Assembly (NCBI GenBank): GCA_011109175.1 | Contig: RDEW01000028.1 | Location: 124,001 to 188,000 of the forward strand | Source of the DNA: Dicyema japonicum | Taxonomy: Eukaryota > Animalia > Dicyemida | Direction: 5' to 3' | Length of the DNA stretch: 64,000 bases | Part shown: piece after piece, positions 12,434-24,639 of the stretch | Numbering within the stretch: the first letter of the stretch is position 1 | Layout of the letters: each line of letters starts with the position of its first letter | The notes under the pieces: generated by a model | Seen by the model: the letters and a program-made list of their open reading frames with translations, nothing else | Database searches by the model: none | Told to the model about the DNA's origin: nothing | Made by a program: the position numbers and the translations under genes

Positions 12434-12716
12434 GGAACAATATTTTTTTAATATTACTGTTACCCCCAACTATAACAGTAGGGGGAGGCTGGTACTTCGA
12501 GAGCGTTAATTATTGAATCTCACATTATCACGTATAAGAAATTTCCTGTACGTCTACTTGTGTTTTTCCCGAGCGTATGAATTATGTTTAAGATACGTAA
12601 TAGACTAAAGGGTGATAACCCCCTACAACTAAGTTTACAGCAGGGCAATCGAACCCAGGAGCATTGTGATAGACACGACATAGTAAAAAATGCATAAAAA
12701 TTACAAAAAATCTAAA

Positions 12717-13142
12717 TTATTTAGATAACAAATTCTTATAAGATTTCATTAGAGTGTGTCTTTCTTTACTTCGTTCTTTGCTTAGTTTGGTCTCCGTAAT
12801 CCTTTTAAGGAAATCAATGTTCTTCCAGCTGTTTTCCCCCTTATAAAATGTATCCACTCTCTCAGAAAGCAAAATCTTGGCCTCCTTAAGATTCCTTACT
12901 GCTGATCTCGACATTTGACACTTAACTTTAAACCAAGTATATACCTTGACTGCGATCCTCGTCTCTTTATGGCGCATAAAACAACATGTATTCCTTTTGT
13001 TGACATTCTGACCGCCAGGACCAGAACTTCTTATATTTTTGAACTTAATGTCGCTGTCTTTAACAATTGGGAATTTGGTTACGGATAAACACCTCTTTTT
13101 AAGCAAGACAAAATTATATGGCAACAAAGACGACCGAATCAT
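12717..13142 (-). CDS. MTRFR: Mitochondrial translation release factor in rescue (C12orf65)
   Basis: GPGGQNVNK (GGQ motif), IAVK|CQMSRS and VDTFYKGENS match C12orf65; one in-frame 24-nt intron at 12921-12944. Confidence 0.92.
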   Translation of the reverse strand: MIRSSLLPYNFVLLKKRCLSVTKFPIVKDSDIKFKNIRSSGPGGQNVNKRNTCCFMRHKETRIAVKVYTWFKVKCQMSRSAVRNLKEAKILLSERVDTFYKGENSWKNIDFLKRITETKLSKERSKERHTLMKSYKNLLSK

Positions 13143-13194
13143 TTAATTATTAATTTATTATTATTAAATATAAATTAAAAAAAATTAATAGATT
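13143..13194. promoter_or_regulatory. Putative 52-bp bidirectional promoter between MTRFR and THG1L
   Basis: Head-to-head ATGs at 13142 (-) and 13195 (+); the spacer is all A/T except one G. Confidence 0.6.
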
Positions 13195-14038
13195 ATGACT
13201 GGAACCCGTTTTCAATATGTGAGAAAATTTGAGGAGGACCGAGAATGCTTGTACAGCACATACATTGTTGCCAGACTCGATGGGAAATCATTTCACAGGT
13301 TCTTACTTGTATAACAACTAGATTTTGTGATACCCATGAGTTCAAAAAGCCTAATGACAGTCGCTGTCTCGGTTTAATGACACGTGCTTCTGCAGCTGTA
13401 TTCCAACAATTTAAGGACATTGTGTTGGCATATGGACAATGTGATGAGTACAGCTTTTTATTTAAGAGAACGTCCGATATTTTCAAACGTCGTAAGATGT
13501 AATCTCGGTTAGTTAATTATAGGAAGATTCTGTCAATATTGGTCAGTTCGTTCACGTCTGCCTTTGATTTTTATTGGTCAGATTACTTTGAATCAGTAAA
13601 ATTGCAGCATCTCCCTGCTTTTGACTGCCGACTTATATGCTATCCCCATGTTCAGAACGTGAGAGACTATTTCTCGTGGAGACAGGCTGACTGTAATTAA
13701 GTGATCTCACTGTAGGTCATATCAATAACTTGTACAACACCGTGTTTTGGTCCTTGATTAACGACAGAGGGAAGACTCCGCAGGAAAGCGAAAAAATTCT
13801 CAGAGTATGCGTAATGATTATATCTTAGGGGACTCTTTCCTCAGATAAGAATGAAATATTGTTTAGAGATTACGGCATAAATTATAATAATATTCCCCAA
13901 TTGTTTAGAAAGGGGACTGTTCTTATCAGAAGTAACCAAACTATGGGTGATGCTGAGATTGTCACTGAAGATGTATATTCTCTCCACTGTGATATCATTA
14001 AAGACGATTTCTGGATTAAACACGACATTCTTGATTAA
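13195..14038 (+). CDS. THG1L: tRNA(His) guanylyltransferase (Thg1)
   Basis: Four 23-24-nt introns. Protein has [59 protein letters not shown] and FRKGTVL; catalytic acidic residues present. Confidence 0.95.
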
Positions 14039-14606
14039 TTGTTTTATAGTTTTTTAATTATTTGAATTTTGGGGGATTAACGATTGGATTCTTTTGCGGG
14101 AATGAGAGAAGGATCTTTCATTCGATAGGGACAATGGAGGACCACATATGTTGAAAGGCCCAGTTGATTGCGGGAACTGGGATGCCTAACTGTTTGACGT
14201 TATTATGAGAGAAGGATCTTTCATTCGATAGGGACAATGGAGGACCACATATGTTGAAAGGCCCAGTTGATTGCGGGAACTGGGATGCCTAACTGTTTGA
14301 CGTTATTTCAGTCAATCTTTCCCGATGACCTCGAAGATAAAAATTGACTAGATTTTGGGTTCAATAAATTTGGTAGTTATATCGCTTTTTTGTGAAATTT
14401 GGGGAGAGGTACCTCGAAGTGGACTGTTGTTATAACTCTGGACCAGGTAGCTTAGATGTTTGAATTCTATACGATGGTCTGTCAAACAGAATACCACGCC
14501 TTTGCAATATGGAGGAGTTTTTTCCTTTTCTAATAGAGATTGGGGGTGTAAAGAACGTCGGATATCTAAATGGACCTTCAAACTTAGTAATAAATGAGTG
14601 ACAAAA

Positions 14607-14857
14607 TTCAAATAATTATTGTTTTAATTGTCCATATTTTCTTAGCATTTCTTGGTGGTTGATTCTTGATTCTTCGAGTTTCTTTTTCTTTACCTCCATA
14701 ATGTCATTCCAATTCCTTTCAGCGTTAAGAGCTATCCCAATATAAGCGAGTATGCTAAGTCCAAATAATGAAGGTCTCCTAATTATTACACAATTTACAT
14801 TATAACTACTAGTTTCTTCCCTATTTTACGTGTAACATCAGGCCTTATATTCCTCAT
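14607..14857 (-). CDS. Putative small (76 aa) single-pass membrane protein
   Basis: ATG 14857 with a 20-nt GT-AG intron at 14779-14798 gives MRNIRPDVTRKIGKKLVVIMRPSLFGLSILAYIGIALNAERNWNDIMEVKKKKLEESRINHQEMLRKYGQLKTIII*. No family recognised. Confidence 0.4.
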
Positions 14858-14889
14858 TATTTATTTTGAAAAATATTTAATTATATTAT

Positions 14890-16745
14890 AATTATTATTC
14901 AGATTCATTATGGTCTGGGATTAAGTCATCTCTAGTAAGGCCACGTGTTCCCAACAGAACTAACGAGGACTTACAATCTCCCAAGCCTATCTACAACTGC
15001 ATTTTCTTATACATAGCAGTGGCTAGAACTCTTCTATAAATCATGTCCTCACTATCACCAAGTAAAAATCCCAATTTCCTTTTTTCCTCCTACTTGATCA
15101 ATATATTTTAATTCCCTTGTGATTCCTATGTGCTCACTCTTTTCCTGATTAACTCGCAATTCTTAAATTCTCCAGGGATTTTCTCTAAAATAAGTCCAAG
15201 TTCCAGATGATTTTCTGACACAAAATATTTGTCATTTGCAAATATAATCTCCATCGGCATGCATTCTTCACATTTTGTTATAAGAGCTCTCAATGCCGCT
15301 TCCAGGTATACGACGATTAGCACCAAAGATAGAGAATCCCCTGAGGTATTCCAACTGCTGTCTCGAAAGATGTCGTGTTCCCAACTCGTACAATTAATTC
15401 TGTGTTCAATAATAGGAAACGAATAAGTCTTGTGTTATCCTCGTCAAGGAAACTCCCAGCAACGTCCAACAATGTTTTTCTGTTGACAGTGTTGAACGCA
15501 TTGGACATGTCCACTTCCAGAATTTTAAAATCACTTTTGTATCGCTGACACATGGCACATCCATCTGTGAGACTAAACAGCATCTGCGGTCGAGCGTCCT
15601 CTTCTGAACTCACTTTTTCCCGGCGACAAAAAATCATAAACATCAGAAGATATCCGACTAAGGGTTATCAGAGATAGTATCTAATGAGGGTTGTCAGTTC
15701 ACCTAGTGCATATATGATCATTTTTCCATGTATGTTGTCTGGTCCCGAACCCTGTTGTTTAATTTAATGATTGCCAGGTTAGTTTACTTTGTAGAGATCG
15801 GTAGGTTCAGGCTTTTTGGTGATTTCTCAAATGGCTCCACATATGAGGTTTTATTTTCACTCAAAAGTCCTGAAAAATGTTCGGCAATAATTTCAGTTTT
15901 TCCTTTATTATCCAATACATTTCTTCCTTGACTGTCGTGAATACAAATATTCGTAGGTTGAACTCCCCTCTGCAAAAGCGAACAGCACGCAATATTTGTG
16001 TTCAGTATTCCAACTTCTCAATTTCACTGACACGTTAGTCAAATTTCTTGACATAAATTTTCTTCTTCCTCCTTCTAATCTCCTTGACAATACGATTTTT
16101 TATCTTCTTAACTCGTTGTATCATTCTTTGTACACGATTCCATTCTCAGCCGCAATTTTTTTGTTTAATTGATAATGTTTAATGATCCGATTTAGTGATC
16201 GAAGACTTTTTTAAATCCTTCTGACCTTTTTTCCCAAAGCACGTCAATTCTTTCCTTATTTATTCCCCCAACAATAGCATTCTAAATCATCGCTGGGGGA
16301 TTTTTCATATTTATGTTCACAATCTCCTTCTTAATTTTTCCATGATAAAATCATCCACAATAAAACGATCCAGATAAGCTCTCTTCCTTCTATCTCCATC
16401 TATTACGATATATCTTTTCATTCTGAAGCGTGTAACAAGCATTTTATGATCACTATGAGTGATGGTGCTTCCGTAGCTGCGGGAGTCTGTTAATAACACA
16501 CGAAAGGATCTTTTGCATAAAACATAGTCTATCTGGTTGTATTGCGGACATAATCTCCATTTCCATTTTTTCTGAGTCCAGTCCACGTAGTCTTATGCCT
16601 CGTATTGAGGCTGAATGCCGAATTACAATAAGGTAGTCAAACATGGTACTAAATTGCACGAGTGACTCTCCTGATATGTTTCCCCTCCCCCTGGCCTGCC
16701 TACCCATACAGGGTTCACTCCAAGGACAGTGACCCACTTTTGCTT
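14890..16745 (-). mobile_element. Degraded RTE-like LINE (APE endonuclease plus RT)
   Basis: YNQIDYVLC, YGSTITHSDHKMLV, EVDMSNAFNTVNR and VGIPQG motifs with many frameshifts. Confidence 0.8.
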
Positions 16746-16749
16746 TCTA

Positions 16750-17060
16750 ATCTCCACATAAAAAGGTCATAAATGAGGCAGGGATGGTATCCATTATTGG
16801 CATGTAAACAGATCATGTTCATCGGGTTTTGTAGAAACCCTCGCCAAGTTAGTGAGACTGTCTCGAATGCTATCATCCATCCCTTCAAGCACCAATAACC
16901 GTGATCGTCTGCAATACAATTTTGTTTCTAAGAGAACCATCTGACTCGGTGGCCCCCTTCTCAAATAGACCAATCAGAATCCTCTTTTCTGAGAACATCC
17001 TAGTAAACCTGGCTCGTCTAAGATGTGGTCACCACCCCCTACCATGTGTCTAGTTTATTA
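16750..17060 (+). mobile_element. LINE 3' fragment
   Basis: Translation includes ILVNLARLRCGHHP, a C-terminal motif of APE-type LINEs. Confidence 0.5.
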
Positions 17061-17949
17061 TAAGTAAGTGTCTTTAACATTTAAGGAATTCAATATATGC
17101 TAAACCTTGGACAGACCTAAAGAAGATTGAAGACCTCTAATCCGCAAAAGTTTTCAAGCTCTGTAAGGGATCTTGTTAGAAACAGATTTTGCAATCCATT
17201 CCCCATGTGCATTTGCTAGTGACGCGACCACGTAATCTCTGGAAAATATCAAGTGAAGATAAGAGGCTACTGAAAAACCCGAGACTATGGTAATAAATGA
17301 TTACAAGGAAAAGATTGATGAGCAACAGTAATGATTGTTTATATTATAGAGTTACTCCTTTTGAGGGTTAAGCAAAGCTGAGTGATTTATTTATTTCCAC
17401 GGGATCAGGAGGTTAAATAAAGGTGCTCAAATATGTAACCCCAGTAAACACTGATAAAGTGAGACGTCATTGTGAATCTCCTCTAATGGAGTAGGGATGA
17501 ATAAGATCCATTGTATATGGCTACCAGGGAGTAATCGTCTCAAAGGATAAGTTTAAAATGTTATACTTGGTCATAATTGGATATGAATGTAATTGAAAAA
17601 CAAACTTGTGTTACCAATGATTGAATTAAAACGATAACAATCCACATGTGTTGCATAATTTGATTATGGTTAACTTGAATAATATAATATTGATGGTTAT
17701 ATTCATTGTAATATTTGAAATATCTCCTAATTATGTACAAAGAGATGAACGAGGATTTTTCATCCCCCTATATAATGGATTTATTAATTACTTTCATTGA
17801 CTAATATATATTTTAATTTATATTCGGGGACCACTAAGGAACATAATCTACCTTCTAAGAATTACTGACAAATCACTCATTGATAAGTGAAAATCTCAAA
17901 GTTTATTTATTTAAAACCCAGGTATATTGAGAAAGACAGAAAAACGTCA

Positions 17950-18460
17950 CAGTTGAACAAATCACTTCCCAGTTCCCGCAATCAATCGAGCCATCCAACG
18001 TCTTTGGTCTCCCATTGTTCCAACTACCGTACAAAAGAGCCTTCTCTCATCCCTGTGGAAAAATCCAATTGGGGAGGGGAAATTCTTAACCAATCGATTA
18101 TCTTCTGCCTTGGAAAAAGACAGGCCAGGCGGTTTTCCATCCACCTTGCAGACCCGAAGGAATCCGGATCCGCGATTACGGGTTGTAGCTTCCGTGAGTA
18201 AGGGACTAACCATTGATCCAGAATGAAGGCCTATCATATGAATAGTTTTTCGGTATATTGAATTGAGTCTGTGGAACATAGTCTCTGATATCGAGAATCT
18301 CCAACCAGCAGAGGCATACTCCACATCCGGTTTGCCGGTATTGTGTTGCAACAGTAGCATCCAAATTCAAAGGAGTCCTCCGAACAAGAACGCGTACAAC
18401 CTTAAATTTCTGCAGGACTTTAGTAAGGACTTTATTTGCGTGGAAGGTTTAAAAACTAAA
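17950..18460 (-). mobile_element. LINE RT thumb/C-terminal remnant
   Basis: KPDVEYASAGWRFSISETMFHRLNSIYRK is homologous to KPTIEYACASW of the 8980-10135 element. Confidence 0.6.
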
Positions 18461-18466
18461 CATTAT

Positions 18467-20385
18467 TAGGGCGATTTTAATCAATAAAGTCAAAAATTCA
18501 TGTTTTTTTTAAATTGTTTAAAACTTATAAAAATGTAGTTTTTAATCAAAAAATTTAATTTTTTAGGTCAATAAAATCAAAAATTTTATTGATTTTTTTA
18601 CTTTTTCGAGTTTTTAAATAAAATACTAGCGTGGTATCAATTATCATTATTCACTGTGATGCCGCGTTCAACCAAGAATGAAATTGAAAAGAATAAGTCT
18701 GTTGTTAGAAAATATGCCAATGAATTTTCTATCAATTCACAAGGAAATCTCTTTTGTAATTTATGTGGGACATTTGTAACTGCAAAAAAACAAATTTTTT
18801 TATTGAAAAGAATGAAATTGAAAAGAATAAGTCTGTTGTTAGAAAATATTTCAATGAATTTTCTATCAATTCACAAGGAAATCTCTTTTGTAATTTATGT
18901 GGGACATTTGTAACTGCAAAAAAACAAATTTTTTTATTGATTCACATCGATCGTCTAAGAAGCATATCAAATTAGCTGGTTTATTATTTTTATTACTATT
19001 TTACAGGTGTCAATACCATAAAACTAACTGATTTTCTCATCCCATCTGCCGACATGGGTCGATAAAGTCACTAAAGCCTAAGTCGAATCCGATATTTCTT
19101 GCATAAGCTGAACAGTAAAAGCTTACGAGACTTGTTTGAGAATATTGGACATAATCTTTTTCCTGCTTACGCTTGCTGAAAAAGTGTAGAAAATTTATGA
19201 CAGATGTAGCTTGACAGAATGGATCACCTGTAAAGTAACCCTCCTTTTCGATACAACCGTAAATTAGTCCCCTTCACGAAAAGTATAAAAAGTTCCAAAA
19301 TCATTTAATGGTTTTTCCGAACAACTCGAAAAAGTTATGGTGTTTTTTAAATTATAATTGGAATACCAACACCAAATAAGGCTTAATATCCAAATATATG
19401 CTAAAATCCGAAAGACAACTATCGTTTCTAATTGATTGAGTTGTTTTGTAATTAGTACACATTGCATTTGTAGATTTCCAGACATACTTATCCACATGTT
19501 TCGTTGCCGTCACTTCTTTCATATGCAACAGGCAATATATACAGTGCATGATACTCTTAAACCTTTTCTTCTCAAATCCTCTATTGGACCTGCAATCAGG
19601 TGTCTTAACTCATTAACGAAAACGGACATGACTAAAATTTTTAAAGTAAAAATTATTATTCATTATTAAAACAAATTAAATTTAATAAAATTTCATCACC
19701 TGTAAAGTCCCCGGGGAGCTACTTTACAGGTGATCCGACAAAATTAAGCTATTTCGGAGGTTTTATTTGCATTTATTATTGATCTGATAAACAAGTTTTT
19801 GTTTTGATTGACGAAACTGATATCCGGGGACACAAATATGTCACTTATTGGTAGATTTTCCGATCCCAAGAAAATATTTTTAATATCTTGTCGCCCATTG
19901 TCTTGTGCGGTTAACTCGTCGATTGTCAGATAATTGACGATATGCTAAGGGATTTTGCGATTGATCGCGATAATTTAGTATTACTGGTATCTGATGCAGA
20001 TACATGGTAGCTGCCGCACAGGTATTGAAGGTTTTATACACGAATTTGCATCATGTAACATGTGTTCTTCATCTTCATAACTGTTGCATTAAAATAAGAG
20101 GATATTTTAAGGATGTGGATTTTTTAATTTCATTAATATAAGCGACTGTCAAAAACAAGACACGAAGAGAAAAATTTTCTGAAATTGGGTATCCACCTGA
20201 AGATATTTTAACAAGATGGGGGAGTTGGATGGATGCAGCCCGCTATTATTACAAAAATTACAGAGAAATAAAAAAATAATTGAAGGTTTCGATGGAGAGG
20301 GGATTTGAGTCGAAAAATGTTTGCAAGCGGTTTGTAAAAACGAACTACGTACAAATTTATTATCAAAATTATGCCAATATGACGA
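18467..20385 (+). mobile_element. hAT transposase pseudogene (CGGBP1-like N-terminal zinc finger), 3'-truncated, with a Merlin insertion
   Basis: Left TIR TAGGGCGATT as at 2398-3906; LFCNLCG zinc finger; VLIDET, LLVSDA, HVTCVLH and PPEDILTRWGSWMDAA motifs. Confidence 0.85.
19221..19736 (-). mobile_element. Non-autonomous Merlin/IS1016-like DNA transposon
   Basis: 17-bp TIR GGATCACCTGTAAAGTA with terminal GG; 8-bp TSD GACAGAAT/GACAAAAT. Internal CIYCLLHMK..KHVDKYVWK..CTNYKTTQSIRNDS resembles Merlin transposase N-termini. Confidence 0.8.
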
Positions 20386-20387
20386 TA

Positions 20388-22750
20388 TATTATTATTAGC
20401 ACTTTTGCCATAATATTTATAGCCCCGCATGTGCAGCAAATAATATAAGAGAATTAGATAGGTTGCTCCAAGCTCTTCTGTTCTTTGCTAGGTCCCTCAG
20501 TGAGTCCAGATCGTCACCAGATGCCAATGTTTTTTTCACGGCTTTCAGATCGTTTTGTAGAACGACCGGGAGGGTAGTTCTCGGTCTTTCACGAAAGCGT
20601 TTTACATTGGAGGAGTAGTAATCTTCCATTGCGATATTCGGAAGGGGTATCGGGACCAATTTCAGGACGTGTCCAAAAAGTCTCCAACGAGAGCTAATGA
20701 TGTCGTGACTAAATGGTGTACAGTCACACTTATTGTACAGTCCATTCCGCGAAATCTTGGATGGCCAGGACATTCCAGTTATGTTTCTTAGATGATTCCT
20801 GTGAAATGAGTCTAGCCTTTCCAATTCCTCTTTAGAGGTGGCCCAAATCCCAGAGTTGTATAGTAGGATTGGTTTGATGAAGGTGTCGTATAACATAATC
20901 CTTTGTTTTATGTTATATCCTTTCCGTTTTAGCCAAAGATTTTTTAGTCTGTGTAATGCCGCATTGCTAATGTTTTTCTCCGTATGATGTCTTCGTTATC
21001 TCCTAGTAGAGAGCCAAGATTCTTTATGTGTCTCCATTTCTCTTCGAGTGAGTTATTCATTCGTCTTATTTCTGTCCGTTCTGTTTTTTCCGTGTTCACG
21101 GTGAGAAACCATTTCCAAAGTATACCTGGTGCTTTTTCTATTACATGTTCCAGGAGTTCTTTGTCTTCAGAAATTAGGTCGACATCATCAGCATAAATCA
21201 CTTCTATTTTTTCTTGGTATAATGGTCTCAGTTCCTTCATAGCGGCATCAAATATATTGTGAATAGTAGCGGAGAGAGGGAGTCTTTTTGAGGAGTGCCT
21301 GTGTTTGTTTCAAAGTTTCTTGAGTAGGTTTTTCCAACTCTCATAAAGAGCTCTGAGTTAGATAGAAAGATTTGAATCATTCTTAGACTCGATTCGTCAA
21401 TAAACCCTTCAATTTGTTCCTGTTAACCGAGTCAAAGGCTTTTAATAGATCTATTCCCAGAATGTGGGTGGCATTGCAATATCTTTGATGTGTTGCACAT
21501 CTCCATCTGTGACTCCAGACTGCATCAGCTGTTAATCTTTCTTCTCTGAACCCACTTTGACTTTTGGGTAGGTATTCATAGGCGGGTCCTTTTATTCTTT
21601 CCAATACAATGTTAGCTAAGACTTTCCGTAGAGAAGTGATAATATAATTGGTCGTAAGTTTTCAACCGGTCCTTTCGGTTTATTGGGTTTTNCCCACTTT
21701 GACTTTTGGGTAGGTATTCATAGGCGGGTCCTTTTATTCTTTCCAATACAATGTTAGCTTTGACTTTCCGTAGAGAAGTGATAATATAATAGGTCATAAG
21801 TTTTCAACCGGTCCTTTCGGTTTATTGGGTTTTTGTATAGGTATTAGTAATCCCGTTCCCAGGGGCAGAGTTGAGTTAGTTGAAAACATTTCATTTAGTA
21901 GTGTAGCGATTTTTTCAAAAAGGGGGTCAGGCCCGTATTTATGTAGTTCTGGGTTTATCGTATCTGGTTCAGGGCTTCTGTTATTTTTTAGTTTTTGACA
22001 TGCTGGAGTTAGTTGAAAACATTTCATTTAGTAGTGTAGCGATTTTTTCAAAAAGGGGGTCAGGCCCGTATTTATGTAGTTCTGGGTTTATCGTATCTGG
22101 TTCAGGGCTTCTGTTATTTTTTAGTTTTTGACATGCTGTTTTTACTTCCAAAATTGAAATTGGTTTTTTAAGGGTCTAGACTTTCCTTTGAATGGGGGGA
22201 TTGCTGTAGTCACATTAAAAAGTTTCTCAAAATGTGTTGCAATTACCTCTGCTTGCTCTTCAGTATTCAGTAATGTCTTGCCATTTTTGTCTTTGATGAT
22301 TATTCGTTCCTTCCGGTTTGTGTGGCGTAGTAAACGAGCGGCCATATCCCCTGAAGGACTTTTCTCTTGTTAAGGACTTTCTTTTTAATTAGTTTTTTTG
22401 TATGGATTTCTTTTAACTCCTTTACTAGTTCTGTATGTATCGTCCGACCCTTACTGGCCATCTCCCGCGTGCCGAGGTACTGGCTTGCTGCTTCGTTTAT
22501 TATATACTTTGTGTGATCCCACGAAATTCCTACTGTTTGGTCCTTCAGATGAGAGCAGATGTATTTTTGGCAATTTTTGACTGTGTCTGGATGAGAGATC
22601 AGTTTTCCCGTTACTTCCATACTGACAGTTTTCGATTTCAGTTGCTTTATCGTCCAAATATTTGTGCCAAAGGATATTTGATCGTCTTCTTATCAGATGC
22701 GATATTTGATTGCGTTTTCTCCTTAATGCACATTTATTCGAATTTGAACT
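20388..22750 (-). mobile_element. RTE-like LINE (linker, RT, intact 3' end with TAA tail), degraded
   Basis: GIDLLKAFDSVNR, VIYADDVD, RWRLFGHVL and RPRTTLPVVLQNDL motifs; contains local duplications. Confidence 0.85.
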
Positions 22751-22754
22751 TCTT

Positions 22755-22860
22755 TTGACAAAGTTATTAAGTATTTTGACGAATTATTAAATATTTTGAC
22801 AAAGTTATTAAATATTTTAACAAAATTATTAAATTTTTTGACAAAGTTATTAAATTATTT
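22755..22860. repeat. Minisatellite, about 5 units of 20-21 bp (TTGACAAAGTTATTAAATATT)
   Basis: Directly visible, about 130 bp upstream of the GCAT ATG; followed by AAACCCTG, so possibly a transposon subterminal repeat. Confidence 0.6.
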
Positions 22861-22988
22861 GCACGTTTTAAAAAAAATAAATAGGAAAACCCTGTATTAA
22901 TAAAATACTATTTTTCAAATAAAAAAAATATTAATTTAAAATGAATAAAATTTTATTATCTGGATAGTTGAATATCTCGTGCTAGAAA

Positions 22989-24513
22989 ATGGCTAGACAT
23001 TGGCTTAACACAAACATCCGAACACTATCATTGGAAAATGTAGTCTCGGGGAGACTAAGCGATATTGAAAAGGCAGGGACAATGAAAAATGAAAGAATCA
23101 TTTCGTCAGTACAAGGACCCACTATTGTGGTCTCCTCGCGCCCAAAAGCCGTCACTAATTTTTGTGCCAATAATTATCTCGGCCTCTCTGTTTGCTGTTT
23201 TCGAATAGCTTAGGGACATCCCGAAGTTATCAACGCTGCGGTTTCCGCGTTGAAATCCCACGGGGCGGGACTTAGTTCTGTTCGGTTCATTTGCGGTACC
23301 CAGGTTAACATGATTATTTAAATTAGGACATTCACAAGAGTTTGGAAAATAAAATATCTCAATTCCATGGGAGAGAGGATGCTATTCTCTATCCTTCTTG
23401 TTTTGATGCAAACGCTGGACTTTTTGAGTCACTTTTGGGCTCTGAGGATGCAATCATATCCGACGAACTCAATCATGCCTCGATTATTGACGGAATTCGT
23501 CTCTGTAAGGCAAAAAGACTGAGATACTCCCACAGAAACATGAAAGGGACTTGTTAATAATGAAACGTAGATTTGACCGAAAAACTGGACTCTGTCTCCG
23601 ATTCGAGGATCAAATTGATCGTGACTGATGGTGTCTTCTCGATGGATGGGAATGTGGCTCCACTTAGGTTTTCTAACAATGATTACTATCAGGGATATCA
23701 TTGAGATTGCGAAGGAGAGGAACGCCTATACTTTCATCGACGAGTGCCACGCGACTGGGTTCTTTGGTAGGACTGGAAGGTGACTGTAACGATGATGTTA
23801 TAGGGGAACTGAGGAACATTTAAATGTCGTTAATCAAATCGATATTATAAATTCAACTCTTGGAAAGGCAATGGGTGGGGCTGCTGGGGGATATACCACT
23901 GCTTCCTCCAATATAATTAAACTACTGAGGCAAGTCTCAAGACCTTATCTCTTTTCTAACAGTATTCCTCCACCTGTGGTTGCCTCAGCCTTAAAGGTAC
24001 TGAATATAAGCTTCCTCCAATATAATTAAACTACTGAGGCAAGTCTCAAGACCTTATCTCTTTTCTAACAGTATTCCTCCACCTGTGGTTGCCTCAGCCT
24101 TAAAGGTACTGAATATAATGAGGGCAGGCATTTGAACTGATTATGAATAGTGATGAGTTTTTTAGCCAATTGCAGACCAATACATACTATTTCCGCGATG
24201 AAATGACATCCTACGGATTCAATTTACTCGTTAAGTTGCCTTAATTATTTCAGGGGGACAAAGAACACCCAATATGCCCGGTGATGATGCCGGATGAGTT
24301 TACTGCCATCAAATTTGCGGATATGATGCTCAACGAGGACATTTACGTGATTGGATTCACATATCCTGTAGTTCCAATGGGTGATTTTGGTGTTTTTATC
24401 AAGGAAACGCAAGAATAAGAGTGCAGATTAGTGCCGCCCATTCGAAGGATGATGTTGAGAGGGCTATCAAGGCCTTTATTAAAGTTGGGAGATCTTTAAA
24501 GGTCATAAACTAA
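22989..24513 (+). CDS. GCAT: 2-amino-3-ketobutyrate CoA ligase (glycine C-acetyltransferase), mitochondrial
   Basis: Eight micro-introns. Protein has [64 protein letters not shown] (PLP lysine) and [12 protein letters not shown] 109-bp exact duplication at 23901-24118 is probably an artefact. Confidence 0.95.
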
Positions 24514-24639
24514 TATTACAACTTTTAACTAATTGGGAATTTAATTGGTCTCACTAAAATTAATTGTATTTAGTGGTAGCCTTCTTAGAGAGATTAGTAC
24601 ATACACTACCTCTATTGTGGGAAGCCCTCTAGAATGATG

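Noticed and set aside
12600-12690. Minus-strand B-box-like GGGTTCGATTGCC between Raf and MTRFR
   Set aside because: Possibly a third SINE remnant, but no A box, second copy or TSD could be established.
14348-14611. ORF with LVQSYNNSPLRG resembling a retroviral-type integrase C-terminus
   Set aside because: Only one short motif; no DDE core, LTR or TIR found.
17100-17800. Hydrophobic minus-strand fragments suggesting a membrane-protein gene
   Set aside because: No consistent spliced frame or family motif could be built.
22989-24513. In-frame stops in GCAT and other genes as evidence of an alternative genetic code or readthrough
   Set aside because: The stops fall within removable micro-introns or the local duplication, and the standard code gives conserved proteins.
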